From Bacteroidota bacterium (lineage in GTDB: Bacteria; Bacteroidota; Bacteroidia; Bacteroidales; Dysgonomonadaceae), in the NCBI GenBank assembly GCA_023388315.1, contig JAEWGM010000044.1:46117-110116 (forward strand): a DNA stretch of 64,000 bases, in the 5' to 3' direction. Position numbers and translations under genes: made by a program. Under the pieces are notes generated by a model. That model saw only the letters and a program-made list of their open reading frames with translations. It was not told the origin of the DNA and ran no database searches. This document shows positions 28,304-37,478 of the stretch, piece by piece; the stretch's first letter is position 1, and each line of letters opens with the position of its first letter.

Positions 28304-29440
28304 ATGAGCACTATATTCACAGTTGGAATTTTTCTGTCTTTGTTTCTCTCGGCGCTGCTGTTTGCCAAGCGGAACAAAACTTTGTCGGATAACATTCTGG
28401 CAATATGGATGATAGTGATTGCCGTTCATCTGTTGAGTTATTACTTGAAGCATTTGGGTTATTGGGAGACCCATCCGCATTTGGTGGGTGTTGCTCATCC
28501 TTTTCCGCTGTTGCCCGGGCCGTTTCTGTTCCTGTATGTTGTATTCTCGCTCAGATCGGATCAGCATTTACGATGGAAAGATCTGGCGCATTTTTTGCCT
28601 TTTTTGATAACTTATATTGGAATGATTCCGTTTCTGTTTGGTTATTCGGCAGAGCAAAAACTGTTGACAGATACCCAGGATTTCGACAGCGAGTACCAGA
28701 TTTTTTTCATTGTTTCTCTGTTCACTTTTCTTATATCGGGTATTGTGTATCCTATTTTGGCTTACAAGAAAGTTTTACATTATCAGCACGTTATAACCGA
28801 TAATTTTGCTTATAAAGAAGAAATCAGCCTGCAATGGTTGCGGATGCTCATTATTGGCTTGGGAATTATTTACTTGGGAGTCGCGGTGATTTTTATGCTG
28901 CATTTGCTGGGAATTGATGTTGGGTTTAACGTCGATTTAGTTTCTTACACGATGCTGGTCATCCTTGTTGCAATGCTGGGCTTTTTCGGTATTCGTTATC
29001 AGGGTATTTTTGCCGATAAAAACAGACACACTCCCCAAATTGTTGAACACAAACCCAATGATGAAAGCTATAAAAAGTCGGGATTAAAACCTGCCGACGC
29101 CGAAATTCTTCACGAAAAACTGTTGGTTATTATGCGGGAGCAAAAGCCTTATCTTGAGCCGAAACTTACGTTAAGCCAATTGGCGGAAAAATTGGGAATA
29201 AGCTCCAATAATCTTTCACAAGTAATAAATCAGTGCGAAAGTGGCAATTTTTACGACTTTGTAAACCGCTATCGCGTAAATGAATTCATAGAACTTGCAT
29301 CGGAACCGCAAAATCGCAATTTGAACTTGTTGGGCATTGCTTTCGATGCCGGATTTAATTCGAAATCATCTTTTAATCAAGTTTTTAAGAAAACTACCGG
29401 AAAAACCCCACGCGAGTATCTTCAATCCAATAAATCGTAA
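28304..29440 (+). CDS. AraC family transcriptional regulator with N-terminal multi-TM sensor domain
   Basis: About 6-7 hydrophobic helices over the first ~240 aa, followed by an HTH_18/AraC C-terminal domain (LSQLAEKLGISSNNLSQVIN .. GFNSKSSFNQVFKKTTGKTPREY). Confidence 0.8.
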   Translation: MSTIFTVGIFLSLFLSALLFAKRNKTLSDNILAIWMIVIAVHLLSYYLKHLGYWETHPHLVGVAHPFPLLPGPFLFLYVVFSLRSDQHLRWKDLAHFLPFLITYIGMIPFLFGYSAEQKLLTDTQDFDSEYQIFFIVSLFTFLISGIVYPILAYKKVLHYQHVITDNFAYKEEISLQWLRMLIIGLGIIYLGVAVIFMLHLLGIDVGFNVDLVSYTMLVILVAMLGFFGIRYQGIFADKNRHTPQIVEHKPNDESYKKSGLKPADAEILHEKLLVIMREQKPYLEPKLTLSQLAEKLGISSNNLSQVINQCESGNFYDFVNRYRVNEFIELASEPQNRNLNLLGIAFDAGFNSKSSFNQVFKKTTGKTPREYLQSNKS

Positions 29441-29570
29441 GTTTTGTCCATAAAAGAAGTCCAATCCGTCCCGATTGTACCTTTTTTATATCCAATCCCA
29501 CCTTTTCGGACGATTTGTGTTCCTCTTTTATCGAGCTTTGCATCCAACTAATTCAAAAATGTGCAAAGCA

Positions 29571-31925
29571 ATGAAAAAAACAAATTTTTTAATCGTCTTT
29601 TTTATTTCGTTCTTTTTTACAAAAACGAGTATTACATTATCGGCACAAACCGCCGGACAAACCATTAAAGGTTCCGTTTTCGACATAGATTCTCACGAGC
29701 CGCTTTTGGGCGCAACCATAGTGCTTGCGGAGAGCGACTCTCTATTGGGAACAACTTCAGACAAAAATGGAAAATTCAGCATCGAAAATGTCCCTTTCGG
29801 CAGACAGGCGCTCAAAGTTTCTTATATTGGTTACGAAACAGCAACAATTGCTGAAATATTAGTTGGATCGGGTAAAGAAGTCACCCTCAATGTAGGACTC
29901 AAACAAAGTATTACCGAAATAAACGAAGTAGTGATTCAGTCTGACGTGCGCAAAGGCCAGCCGTTAAATTCTATGTCAAGCATTAGCGCGCGTTCTTTCA
30001 CGGTGGAAGAAACCCGCCGGTTTGCAGGAGGAATTGACGATCCCGCGCGATTGGTGTCAGCATACGCAGGAGTGAGCACGGGAAATATTCAAGACAATTC
30101 CATTATCGTTAGAGGAAACGCGCCCCAAGGCGTGGCGTGGCGGTTGGAAGGTGTAGAAATCCCAACGCCGCATCATTTTTCGGGCGCAAATGTAACGGGT
30201 GGAGGTATGGTTACGCTTTTTAGCAGTCAGGTAATGGCTAACTCCGATTTTTATATCTCTGCTTTCCCCGCCGAATATGGCAGCGCTCTCGCCGCGGTAT
30301 TCGATATGAGGTTACGAACGGGAAATTCCGATAAACACGAGCATACGGCACAAATTGGAGTTCTGGGTATCGATATTGCTTCGGAAGGACCGTTCTCTAA
30401 GAAATCGAACGCGTCGTATCTCTTTAACTACAGATATTCCACTTTCGGTTTGCTGGCCGATATGAAGGTTATTGATACCAAGCAGTTATTCAAATATCAA
30501 GACCTGTCTTTTAAATTAAACTTTCCTACAGCCAATGCCGGCGTGTTCTCGCTTTGGGGAATAGGAGGAATAGATCGGGCAACGGAAGGTGTGGAAGAGG
30601 ATAAGGATAAATGGGAAGTTGATTTTGACAGAATATCGTTTGTTTGGGATACCTATTTGGGAACTTTGGGGCTGGGACATAAAATTACGGTGGGAAATAA
30701 TACTTATCTGAATTCTACGATCGCTTTTTCGGGAACGCGCAATAAAATGATATCGAAATATGTGAACGATGATCTTACTTTGCAGCCCGATATGGATTTT
30801 ATTACAAATTCTTCAACCATCACCCTGGCGTCTGTGCTTAATCATAAATTTAACGCTAAGCTGATGATGCGCAATGGAATAACCGTTAAAAGATTAAATT
30901 ATGATTTGGATATTTCTGGAACGCAGGATTATGTGCCGGGTACCTACAGGCGGTTGTTGAAACAAAATGGGAGCGCCAATTCTTGCGAGGTTTTCACTCA
31001 GTTTAAGCACAACATCGCACCCAAATTAACGCTTAATGCAGGCGTACACGCTCAATATTTTGAGTTGAGTAAAGACTTTTCTGTTGAACCGCGTGTTGGG
31101 CTTCGTTTTGCCATAAATCCCGATCATTCGATAAATGTAGGATATGGATTGCACAGCCGACCCGAAGAACTGAAAATGTATTTGATGGAAATAAACGGAG
31201 AAAAGCCCAATAAGTCGCTCAAACTTTCAAAAGCGCATCATTTCGTGCTAGGCTATAACTGGCAGATATCGAAAAATTTACGATTTAGTGCCGAAGGTTA
31301 TTATCAATATTTGTTTGATGTGCCGGGAGAAAAAGGAACCTCGTTTTCTCTCATCAATTATAAGCAAGATTATATGCTGCATAAAGCGATGATAAACAAT
31401 ACAATCGGTCGAAATTACGGGTTGGACTTGACATTGGAGAAATTCCTGAGCAACAATTACTATTTTCTGATAACCGCTTCGCTTTTCGATGCCAAATACA
31501 AAGCCGGAGACAATGTATGGCACAATACGCGCTATAATAAAGGGTATGTAACAAATGTGCTTTTTGGAAGAGAGCATTTCTTCAAAAACAATAAACGCTC
31601 GTTGGATTATAACATCCGATTGAATTTTACGGGAGGTGAGCGGTATTCGCCCGTGAATGAGGAAGAAAGTATTGCGCAGCAAAAAATTGTAACCGACGAA
31701 ACCCGGGCTTTCTCGATGCAGCACGACCCGGTGTTTTATGCTGATTTTACGGTAAGTTATCGCGTAAATCACGCCAAAGCGTCCAGTCAAATATCGTTGC
31801 AGGTAAAAAACGCATTTGGAACACCCGCGGTAGAAAACTTCAATTACAATTTCAAGACCAATAAAGTGCAGTTGGATAAAAATAACCCCGTACTACCGGT
31901 GCTGAGTTATAAAATTGAGTTTTAG
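29571..31925 (+). CDS. TonB-dependent receptor with CarboxypepD_reg-like N-terminal domain
   Basis: Signal peptide from ATG 29571 (MKKTNFLIVFF). IKGSVFD..GATIVL carboxypeptidase-regulatory fold, plug domain, beta-barrel ending in ..SYKIEF. Confidence 0.85.
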   Translation: MKKTNFLIVFFISFFFTKTSITLSAQTAGQTIKGSVFDIDSHEPLLGATIVLAESDSLLGTTSDKNGKFSIENVPFGRQALKVSYIGYETATIAEILVGSGKEVTLNVGLKQSITEINEVVIQSDVRKGQPLNSMSSISARSFTVEETRRFAGGIDDPARLVSAYAGVSTGNIQDNSIIVRGNAPQGVAWRLEGVEIPTPHHFSGANVTGGGMVTLFSSQVMANSDFYISAFPAEYGSALAAVFDMRLRTGNSDKHEHTAQIGVLGIDIASEGPFSKKSNASYLFNYRYSTFGLLADMKVIDTKQLFKYQDLSFKLNFPTANAGVFSLWGIGGIDRATEGVEEDKDKWEVDFDRISFVWDTYLGTLGLGHKITVGNNTYLNSTIAFSGTRNKMISKYVNDDLTLQPDMDFITNSSTITLASVLNHKFNAKLMMRNGITVKRLNYDLDISGTQDYVPGTYRRLLKQNGSANSCEVFTQFKHNIAPKLTLNAGVHAQYFELSKDFSVEPRVGLRFAINPDHSINVGYGLHSRPEELKMYLMEINGEKPNKSLKLSKAHHFVLGYNWQISKNLRFSAEGYYQYLFDVPGEKGTSFSLINYKQDYMLHKAMINNTIGRNYGLDLTLEKFLSNNYYFLITASLFDAKYKAGDNVWHNTRYNKGYVTNVLFGREHFFKNNKRSLDYNIRLNFTGGERYSPVNEEESIAQQKIVTDETRAFSMQHDPVFYADFTVSYRVNHAKASSQISLQVKNAFGTPAVENFNYNFKTNKVQLDKNNPVLPVLSYKIEF

Positions 31926-31966
31926 AAAAAACACGGTTAAGAAGTTAACTTAACCGTGTTTTTTTA
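31926..31966. terminator. bidirectional intrinsic terminator between the convergent TBDR gene and gldN
   Basis: AAAAAACACGGTTAAG-loop-CTTAACCGTGTTTTTTT. Confidence 0.75.
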
Positions 31967-32096
31967 ATGAAATTTGGACATACGCTTGTACGATTTTGTA
32001 AATCGTGCCTGCCGTCAGGCAATTTGTTTCTTGCTTCGCAACACACACTTTATAAAGGTGCGAGAGCGGTGGCTACAAACTTCAAACCCTGAACCT

Positions 32097-32127
32097 AAAA
32101 CTCACAACTCACAACTCATAACTCGTC
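32097..32127. repeat. heptanucleotide tract (AAAACTC ACAACTC ACAACTC ATAACTC) abutting the gldN stop
   Basis: Four 7-bp units, read directly. Same unit type and orientation as 40331..40367. Confidence 0.7.
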
Positions 32128-33095
32128 TAATACCTCCTATCCCTCATTGTATTAGAACTTCCTGCAGAAGAGCGTCTAAACAGACTTTTTCTTGTGTTTC
32201 TATTTTTTTGAGTTGGCTGAATTACCGTAGAATCCCTGTTTTCTTTCCAAAGCCGTTCCTCAAAATCTTTGAGTTGCTTTTCAATTTTTTCTTGCTCGGC
32301 CTTCATCTCTTCGGGCGAAGAGGTGTATTGTGAAATGGCTAAGTTGCGCGGGTTGGTGGTTTTGTAAATTTCGCCGTCGTAATTGTGTTTGCGGAAAAAA
32401 TCGTCGATGGTTCCGGTCATCGTGTTGTTGAGGCTCGATGTCATAATCGGCATCCGCAACGCGTACGGACGTAATTCGTCGTACGAAATCCAGAAAAGCG
32501 GATAGCGAACCGTATTGGCTTCGTAATCGTCTTGGCGATAAATGATAGGACAGACAGCCACGGTTTTTACGCCGTAATTGGATGTGCCGGTTTCAAAATA
32601 ATAGGCTTCTTTCAGGTAATATCCCTGAACTTCGTTGGAAGGAATATCTACATCATTAACAACAATATTTCCGCTCTCTGTTTGATAATAAACGCCAAAG
32701 CGGTCTAAAAACTCCTTGAAATCAATCTTATATTCGTCCGTGAAAACCTCCCTGCCGTCTAAATATTCATAGGCGGTTATTTTTCCTTCGGAAAGCAGTT
32801 TGAAAATCATCGTAAAAAGATTCATCCGTCCTTGCTCGGGGATTACCGGATAATAGAGTGGGGCGTTCCCTTCTTTTTCCAAATCGAGGTAACGATAAAT
32901 TTCGCGCGACCATTTCGCGTCTGAAATATCGGTAGATTGCGTGCGGTTCATCTGTTCCGCTCGAACTGATACTCCCACAGATTTATTTTGAGAACCTTCC
33001 GCGTTTTGTGTGATTCTTTCCCGCGCAGTTTGTTGCGCAAAAATATTCGCCAAACAAAAGCTGAAAAGAATAAATAATATCGATAATTTTTTCAT
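32127..33095 (-). CDS. gldN: gliding motility / T9SS protein GldN (PorN)
   Basis: Signal peptide. WSREIYRYLDLEKEGNAPLYYP motif is typical of GldN. Last gene of the gldKLMN order. Confidence 0.85.
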   Translation of the reverse strand: MKKLSILFILFSFCLANIFAQQTARERITQNAEGSQNKSVGVSVRAEQMNRTQSTDISDAKWSREIYRYLDLEKEGNAPLYYPVIPEQGRMNLFTMIFKLLSEGKITAYEYLDGREVFTDEYKIDFKEFLDRFGVYYQTESGNIVVNDVDIPSNEVQGYYLKEAYYFETGTSNYGVKTVAVCPIIYRQDDYEANTVRYPLFWISYDELRPYALRMPIMTSSLNNTMTGTIDDFFRKHNYDGEIYKTTNPRNLAISQYTSSPEEMKAEQEKIEKQLKDFEERLWKENRDSTVIQPTQKNRNTRKSLFRRSSAGSSNTMRDRRY

Positions 33096-33132
33096 TGTTT
33101 TGTATTTTTTCTGTTTTTAGATCCATTGAGGA

Positions 33133-33258
33133 GGGTTTTCTAAAAAGCATTTTATCGTTTCTTTTGTCATTCTGAACGTAGTGAAGAATCTGTTTTAGAT
33201 ACTTCATTACGCAAAGCTTCATTCAGTATGACACTTTATTAATACTTCTGAAATAGCT
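33133..33258 (-). mobile_element. MITE-like element, copy 2 (shortened), in the gldM-gldN spacer
   Basis: TTCTAAAAAGCAT..TTTTGTCATTCTGAACG..GATACTTCATTACGCAAAGCTTCATTCAGTATGACA aligns with 43998..44160 in the same orientation. Confidence 0.65.
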
Positions 33259-33291
33259 CTTTACGCTGCGTAAGAGAGTCATTTCTACTAA

Positions 33292-33442
33292 TTTCAATCC
33301 CCCTTACTCCCCCTTCTCCAAGGGGGAAATGCGCGTTAAATCATCATCCGATATCGCTCATCAAGTACCCAACACCCCGCATCCACACCCAACATTTTTC
33401 AATCCCCCTTACTCCCCTTTTTCTAAGGTGGAAATGCGCGTT
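33292..33442. repeat. two 46-bp direct repeats 105 bp apart (TTTCAATCCCCCTTACTCCCC..AAGGGGGAAATGCGCGTT)
   Basis: Units at 33292-33337 and 33397-33442. Unit 1 carries a CCCCCTT/AAGGGGG hairpin; the stem is degenerate in unit 2. Confidence 0.75.
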
Positions 33443-33454
33443 GTCCTCTCTCTT

Positions 33455-33484
33455 ACGTCTTCCGTCTTCGGTCTTCCGACTTCC
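33455..33484. repeat. heptanucleotide tract (CGTCTTC x4, degenerate) abutting the gldM stop
   Basis: ACGTCTTC CGTCTTC GGTCTTC CGACTTC. Confidence 0.7.
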
Positions 33485-33495
33485 AGCACCCCACA

Positions 33496-35055
33496 TCAAT
33501 TCACCCTCACCTCAATCACCGCTATTTCTCGTTCCGAACCATCGGGCCCTACGGCTCTTACGCCCGAAATATAGAAATATTGGCCACGTTGCAAGCGACG
33601 GATTTGTTCTTTTTGACGTTCCGAAAATTGGCTTCCATTGGATATTTCGGGAATGGCGTTGCCCATAGAATCGAAAAACACGGTGCGGAAACTTGTTACC
33701 CGGAACGGAATATTTAAAATTCCATCGTCTATAGCGGCTTTTATTCCGTCGGTGTTCATTAACACTCCTTTTCCCAAAGCGCCACCTTTAAACATGGCGG
33801 GATTTCCGTTTGCATCAACAATTTCAATATAAGGCGTAGGGTCGGGCAGGGCGCGCACACGAAACGCTTTTGATGCCAGCTGGCGAGTTTGCCCGCCGGC
33901 AGTGCGTGCCGAAACCGTTAATGTTGCCTCTTGGCCCACGGCCGATGGCGTGGCTGTCCACATATTTCCGTTTTTCGTGAGAGAACCGTTAGTCATCGTT
34001 GCCGACACATCTTGGGGCGCAATTCCCGGAACGGAAATGCTGATTTCGTTATTAATTCCCGCATACAATACATTCATTAGCGTAGGCGCAATGGTTGCCA
34101 TTGGCTCGATAACCGTGTAGCTGCTTTCGAAATTGCGGCGCATGGTGGAACCGTCGCCGGTGAGCATTTCAATGTATCCTTCCACGGGAAAAGTTCCCAC
34201 ACTGTTTGCGCCGGCGGTGAAAATGCCGTTTGCAGAAGTGTCGAGCATGCGCCCGTTTACAAACACGTTGGGTTGTTTGGTGGAATCCTCCGCGGAAAGC
34301 ACCACGCGCGCGTTGTACGTTCCGCCCTGAATAACGATGTTGGATTCCGGAATAACATACGCGTTAAGTTGATTAACCCTAAAATCGCCTACATCCACGC
34401 TGGTGAGCAAACTGCTCAACGCTTCGCCTTCCGATGACCGAATATCGTTTTGCAATTTTGTGAGAATGGTTACAGCTGCCGAAACAGGCATATTCTCGAA
34501 AAGCGATTGTTCCCAGTTTTTATTTACGGCATTTCTTCTCGATGGTGCCGTGCTGAGGCTGTTTTCAATTATTTCCCGCCGTTTGGGATCGGAAATTAGT
34601 TGGGTGATTGCTTCCCGATACGTCTCCATCCTTTCCCGCAGAAGTTGCCCTCGATTTTCCGGCGCGCTCAACATCACATAGGGCGCGGCATCTAAATTTT
34701 CTTTGTTTTTGATGTTGTCCACATCGCCATTGCGTCCATCCACTTCTTTCACCATTCGCACCTTGAGCGATTCAATATAATGAATAAGCGAATCACTCAT
34801 CTGCTTTATTTGATGGCCTTTATGATACCACTCCCCGGCCTTTTCGCTGTTCTGTAGGTTATATTGTTCCAATTCGCCCATAATCAATTGATTGCGAGCG
34901 TGCATGTTTTCGGATGAATCGTTCAGACTGTCGCCCACAATATCGAAACCGTTGAGCACTTCCGCCGAAACATTGAGCGCCAACAAAGCGATAAACACCA
35001 AGTACATGAGGTTTATCATTTTTTGACGGGGAGAGTTTGAAGTGTTGTTAGCCAT
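33496..35055 (-). CDS. gldM: gliding motility / T9SS protein GldM (PorM)
   Basis: PRQKMINLMYLVFIALLALNVS N-terminal TM motif is diagnostic of GldM. 519 aa. Confidence 0.9.
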   Translation of the reverse strand: MANNTSNSPRQKMINLMYLVFIALLALNVSAEVLNGFDIVGDSLNDSSENMHARNQLIMGELEQYNLQNSEKAGEWYHKGHQIKQMSDSLIHYIESLKVRMVKEVDGRNGDVDNIKNKENLDAAPYVMLSAPENRGQLLRERMETYREAITQLISDPKRREIIENSLSTAPSRRNAVNKNWEQSLFENMPVSAAVTILTKLQNDIRSSEGEALSSLLTSVDVGDFRVNQLNAYVIPESNIVIQGGTYNARVVLSAEDSTKQPNVFVNGRMLDTSANGIFTAGANSVGTFPVEGYIEMLTGDGSTMRRNFESSYTVIEPMATIAPTLMNVLYAGINNEISISVPGIAPQDVSATMTNGSLTKNGNMWTATPSAVGQEATLTVSARTAGGQTRQLASKAFRVRALPDPTPYIEIVDANGNPAMFKGGALGKGVLMNTDGIKAAIDDGILNIPFRVTSFRTVFFDSMGNAIPEISNGSQFSERQKEQIRRLQRGQYFYISGVRAVGPDGSEREIAVIEVRVN

Positions 35056-35061
35056 TGTGAG

Positions 35062-35937
35062 TTACGGGTTACGAGTTTCGGATTGCGCGTTCGTCATTGC
35101 TTGAATCATTCGTCCGTAAATTTGATTCAACTCACGGATTTGCTCCGCCATTTTTTCGGTTTCTTTTTTGATGATAAAGCCCTCGGGGATGGATTCGCTG
35201 TACATCGATTTAATGCGGGCCATTCCATTGTTGATTTGCTCAATGGTATCGAGTTGCCCGCTAATGCCTTTCAGTTGGATTTCGTAAATGGTGTTTAATC
35301 CGGAAATATTGCGGTTAAGCGCTTCCATTTGTTGCACATAACTTAATGAGTTTGTGCTGACATTCTGCGAGTTATCGATAATGTGCTGATACGACTGCTG
35401 CAACGCTTCTGAAATTCGTGTAAGTGTTTCGGTGGCTTCGGCAAACCGTTGTACATTATCTGAAACGGATGATAATTGTTCTACCGAATTCTCGGGAACC
35501 CGGGACTGTTTTTGTTGTGATGCTTGAGGAATTGTGGCTTGCTCTGTAGTTGGTTCAGCAGCCGGTTTCGTAGTTGATGGAGCTTTAGGTGCCGATTGGC
35601 CGGTATATCCCAAATGCACCGGTTGATGTGGTGCGTTGGCTCCGTGAATGATCACTTGTGCGGGAACACCTCCTTCATCAGCTAATACGATGGAAGAACC
35701 ACCAACGGATTGTTGTACTTTTGGCGGCCGGTCCAGTCCGTACAGGATAAAAACCAAGCACTCGATTGCCATTCCGGTGCCGAAAATAATATTTCCCCAA
35801 ACGCCCCACCAGTGCAAAACTTTTACCATGGCGCCGAAAATAACGATGGCGGCGCCAAAACTGTAACCGTATTGCAGAAATCGCTGTCCGTTGTCGGTTT
35901 GCAGGAAGTTTTCTATTTTTCGAATTGCTTTGTTCAT
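35062..35937 (-). CDS. gldL: gliding motility / T9SS protein GldL (PorL)
   Basis: Two N-terminal TM helices (YSFGAAIVIFGAMVKVLHWWG..), then a coiled C-terminal domain. Positioned between gldK and gldM. Confidence 0.9.
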   Translation of the reverse strand: MNKAIRKIENFLQTDNGQRFLQYGYSFGAAIVIFGAMVKVLHWWGVWGNIIFGTGMAIECLVFILYGLDRPPKVQQSVGGSSIVLADEGGVPAQVIIHGANAPHQPVHLGYTGQSAPKAPSTTKPAAEPTTEQATIPQASQQKQSRVPENSVEQLSSVSDNVQRFAEATETLTRISEALQQSYQHIIDNSQNVSTNSLSYVQQMEALNRNISGLNTIYEIQLKGISGQLDTIEQINNGMARIKSMYSESIPEGFIIKKETEKMAEQIRELNQIYGRMIQAMTNAQSETRNP

Positions 35938-35942
35938 ATTTT

Positions 35943-35980
35943 TTAGACTGTTGGATGTTAGATGATTAGATGTTAGACTT
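35943..35980. repeat. heptanucleotide tract (TTAGACT GTTGGAT GTTAGAT GATTAGAT GTTAGAC) between gldK and gldL
   Basis: Read directly. Shares TTAGACTGTTGGAT with the tract at the meaB stop (3454-3485). Confidence 0.7.
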
Positions 35981-36021
35981 TTGTTTTTACGTCACGATGT
36001 TATTGCAACGAAAAAGGATGC

Positions 36022-37440
36022 TCACTTCCCCGGCCCCAATTGCGTTCTCACACAGCGGAAACCGATGTACGAGCGGCCACGGTTTTGATATTCCGCGTCG
36101 CGCATATCAGAACGGATGAAGGTGGAAATATCTTTCCACGATCCGCCTTTTATTACCTTGCGTTTTAAGGCATAAGGGTCTTCCTGAGCGGCGTGGTACC
36201 GATATTCGGGGTTCATATCGCTCATCATTTCATTTCCCGATTCGGTATATGCCGTGGATGTCCATTCCGCCACGTTGCCTGCCATGTCATACAGCCCGAA
36301 ACTGTTTGGTTGATAGCTTCTTGTCTTTGCAGGTATCAGGTTTTTATCGGCCGCGTAGGCACCTTCTCCCGGCTTAAAGTTTGCCAAATAGCAATCGTCG
36401 TCATCTTTGGTGGAATCGGTTTCCCACGGATATTTGTTCTCGGTGCGCCCGCTGCGTGCCGCCATTTCCCATTCGGCTTCCGTTGGCAGGCGATACGGCT
36501 CAATTTTTACGTTTGCGCGCTGCAATCCCTGGCGAAGAAACATGGTGCGCCACTCGCAAAAAGCGGTTGCCGCTTCCCACGAAACGCCAACCACGGGATG
36601 ATGCGCGTAAGCGGGATGAGAAAAATAATTGCGCATATACGGCTCGTTGTTCGCGTTACTAAAATCATTCACCCAACACGTGGTATCGGGATAAATATTC
36701 ACTATTTTGGTGTGGACAAAATCGTATAAACTGCTCAGCGGCCGCGTTATGGTTTCGTTTACAATTCTTCCTTGCTCATCCACATAAGCGGTGTCTTTAG
36801 AAATCATAATCACCTCATTTTCATTCACGCTGATATCGGTGTTAAGGATTCTCTCCTGCGGATTGAGGCGATGTTGTCGCCTAGCGGCTTCGGCGGCATC
36901 GAACCATTCGTACCGGAAATTCATTTGCCGCGCATCCAACATTTTCTTTTTGGTGATGGGATGGATGATGTACACGCTGTTGATGGCCGCTTCCTCTTCT
37001 TCGGTATTGCGCGACCACGGGATGGGAACGCTCCAATCCAAGCGAGGTGGAACGGGGTCTCCGAATTCGTCTTCGGTGATTTTGTAGAAATCATCGCCGG
37101 CATACGCAGGATCGGCCAATCGTTCGCGGATGATGGAGTCGCGCACCCAAAAAACGAATTGTTTGTATTGCGAGTTGGTGATTTCGGCCTCGTCCATCCA
37201 AAAATTATCTACCGATACGCCGCGCGTGGGAATCGTCATCCCCCACAGCGAGTCTAGCTCGCCCGGCCCCATTCGATACGAACCGCGCGTAACCAACACC
37301 ATGTTGTAAGGCGTGGGCTCGTTCCATACTTTGCCAACGGGAACGCCCGTGAGCTCTCCGCCCACGCTGCTGCCTACGCCTCTTCGTCCGCACGAAATAA
37401 CCGCGGCGATAAATAGAATTAAAAGGATTAATTTTCTCAT
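36022..37440 (-). CDS. gldK: gliding motility / T9SS lipoprotein GldK (PorK; FGE-sulfatase fold)
   Basis: Lipobox LFIAAVISCG from Met15 of the track ORF. SUMF1/FGE-type domain ending GGSWKD..RSYIGFRCV. Confidence 0.9.
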   Translation of the reverse strand: MRKLILLILFIAAVISCGRRGVGSSVGGELTGVPVGKVWNEPTPYNMVLVTRGSYRMGPGELDSLWGMTIPTRGVSVDNFWMDEAEITNSQYKQFVFWVRDSIIRERLADPAYAGDDFYKITEDEFGDPVPPRLDWSVPIPWSRNTEEEEAAINSVYIIHPITKKKMLDARQMNFRYEWFDAAEAARRQHRLNPQERILNTDISVNENEVIMISKDTAYVDEQGRIVNETITRPLSSLYDFVHTKIVNIYPDTTCWVNDFSNANNEPYMRNYFSHPAYAHHPVVGVSWEAATAFCEWRTMFLRQGLQRANVKIEPYRLPTEAEWEMAARSGRTENKYPWETDSTKDDDDCYLANFKPGEGAYAADKNLIPAKTRSYQPNSFGLYDMAGNVAEWTSTAYTESGNEMMSDMNPEYRYHAAQEDPYALKRKVIKGGSWKDISTFIRSDMRDAEYQNRGRSYIGFRCVRTQLGPGK

Positions 37441-37478
37441 TGTATGTTCGTTGTACGTCTTTCTTTTTTTCCGTGAAT

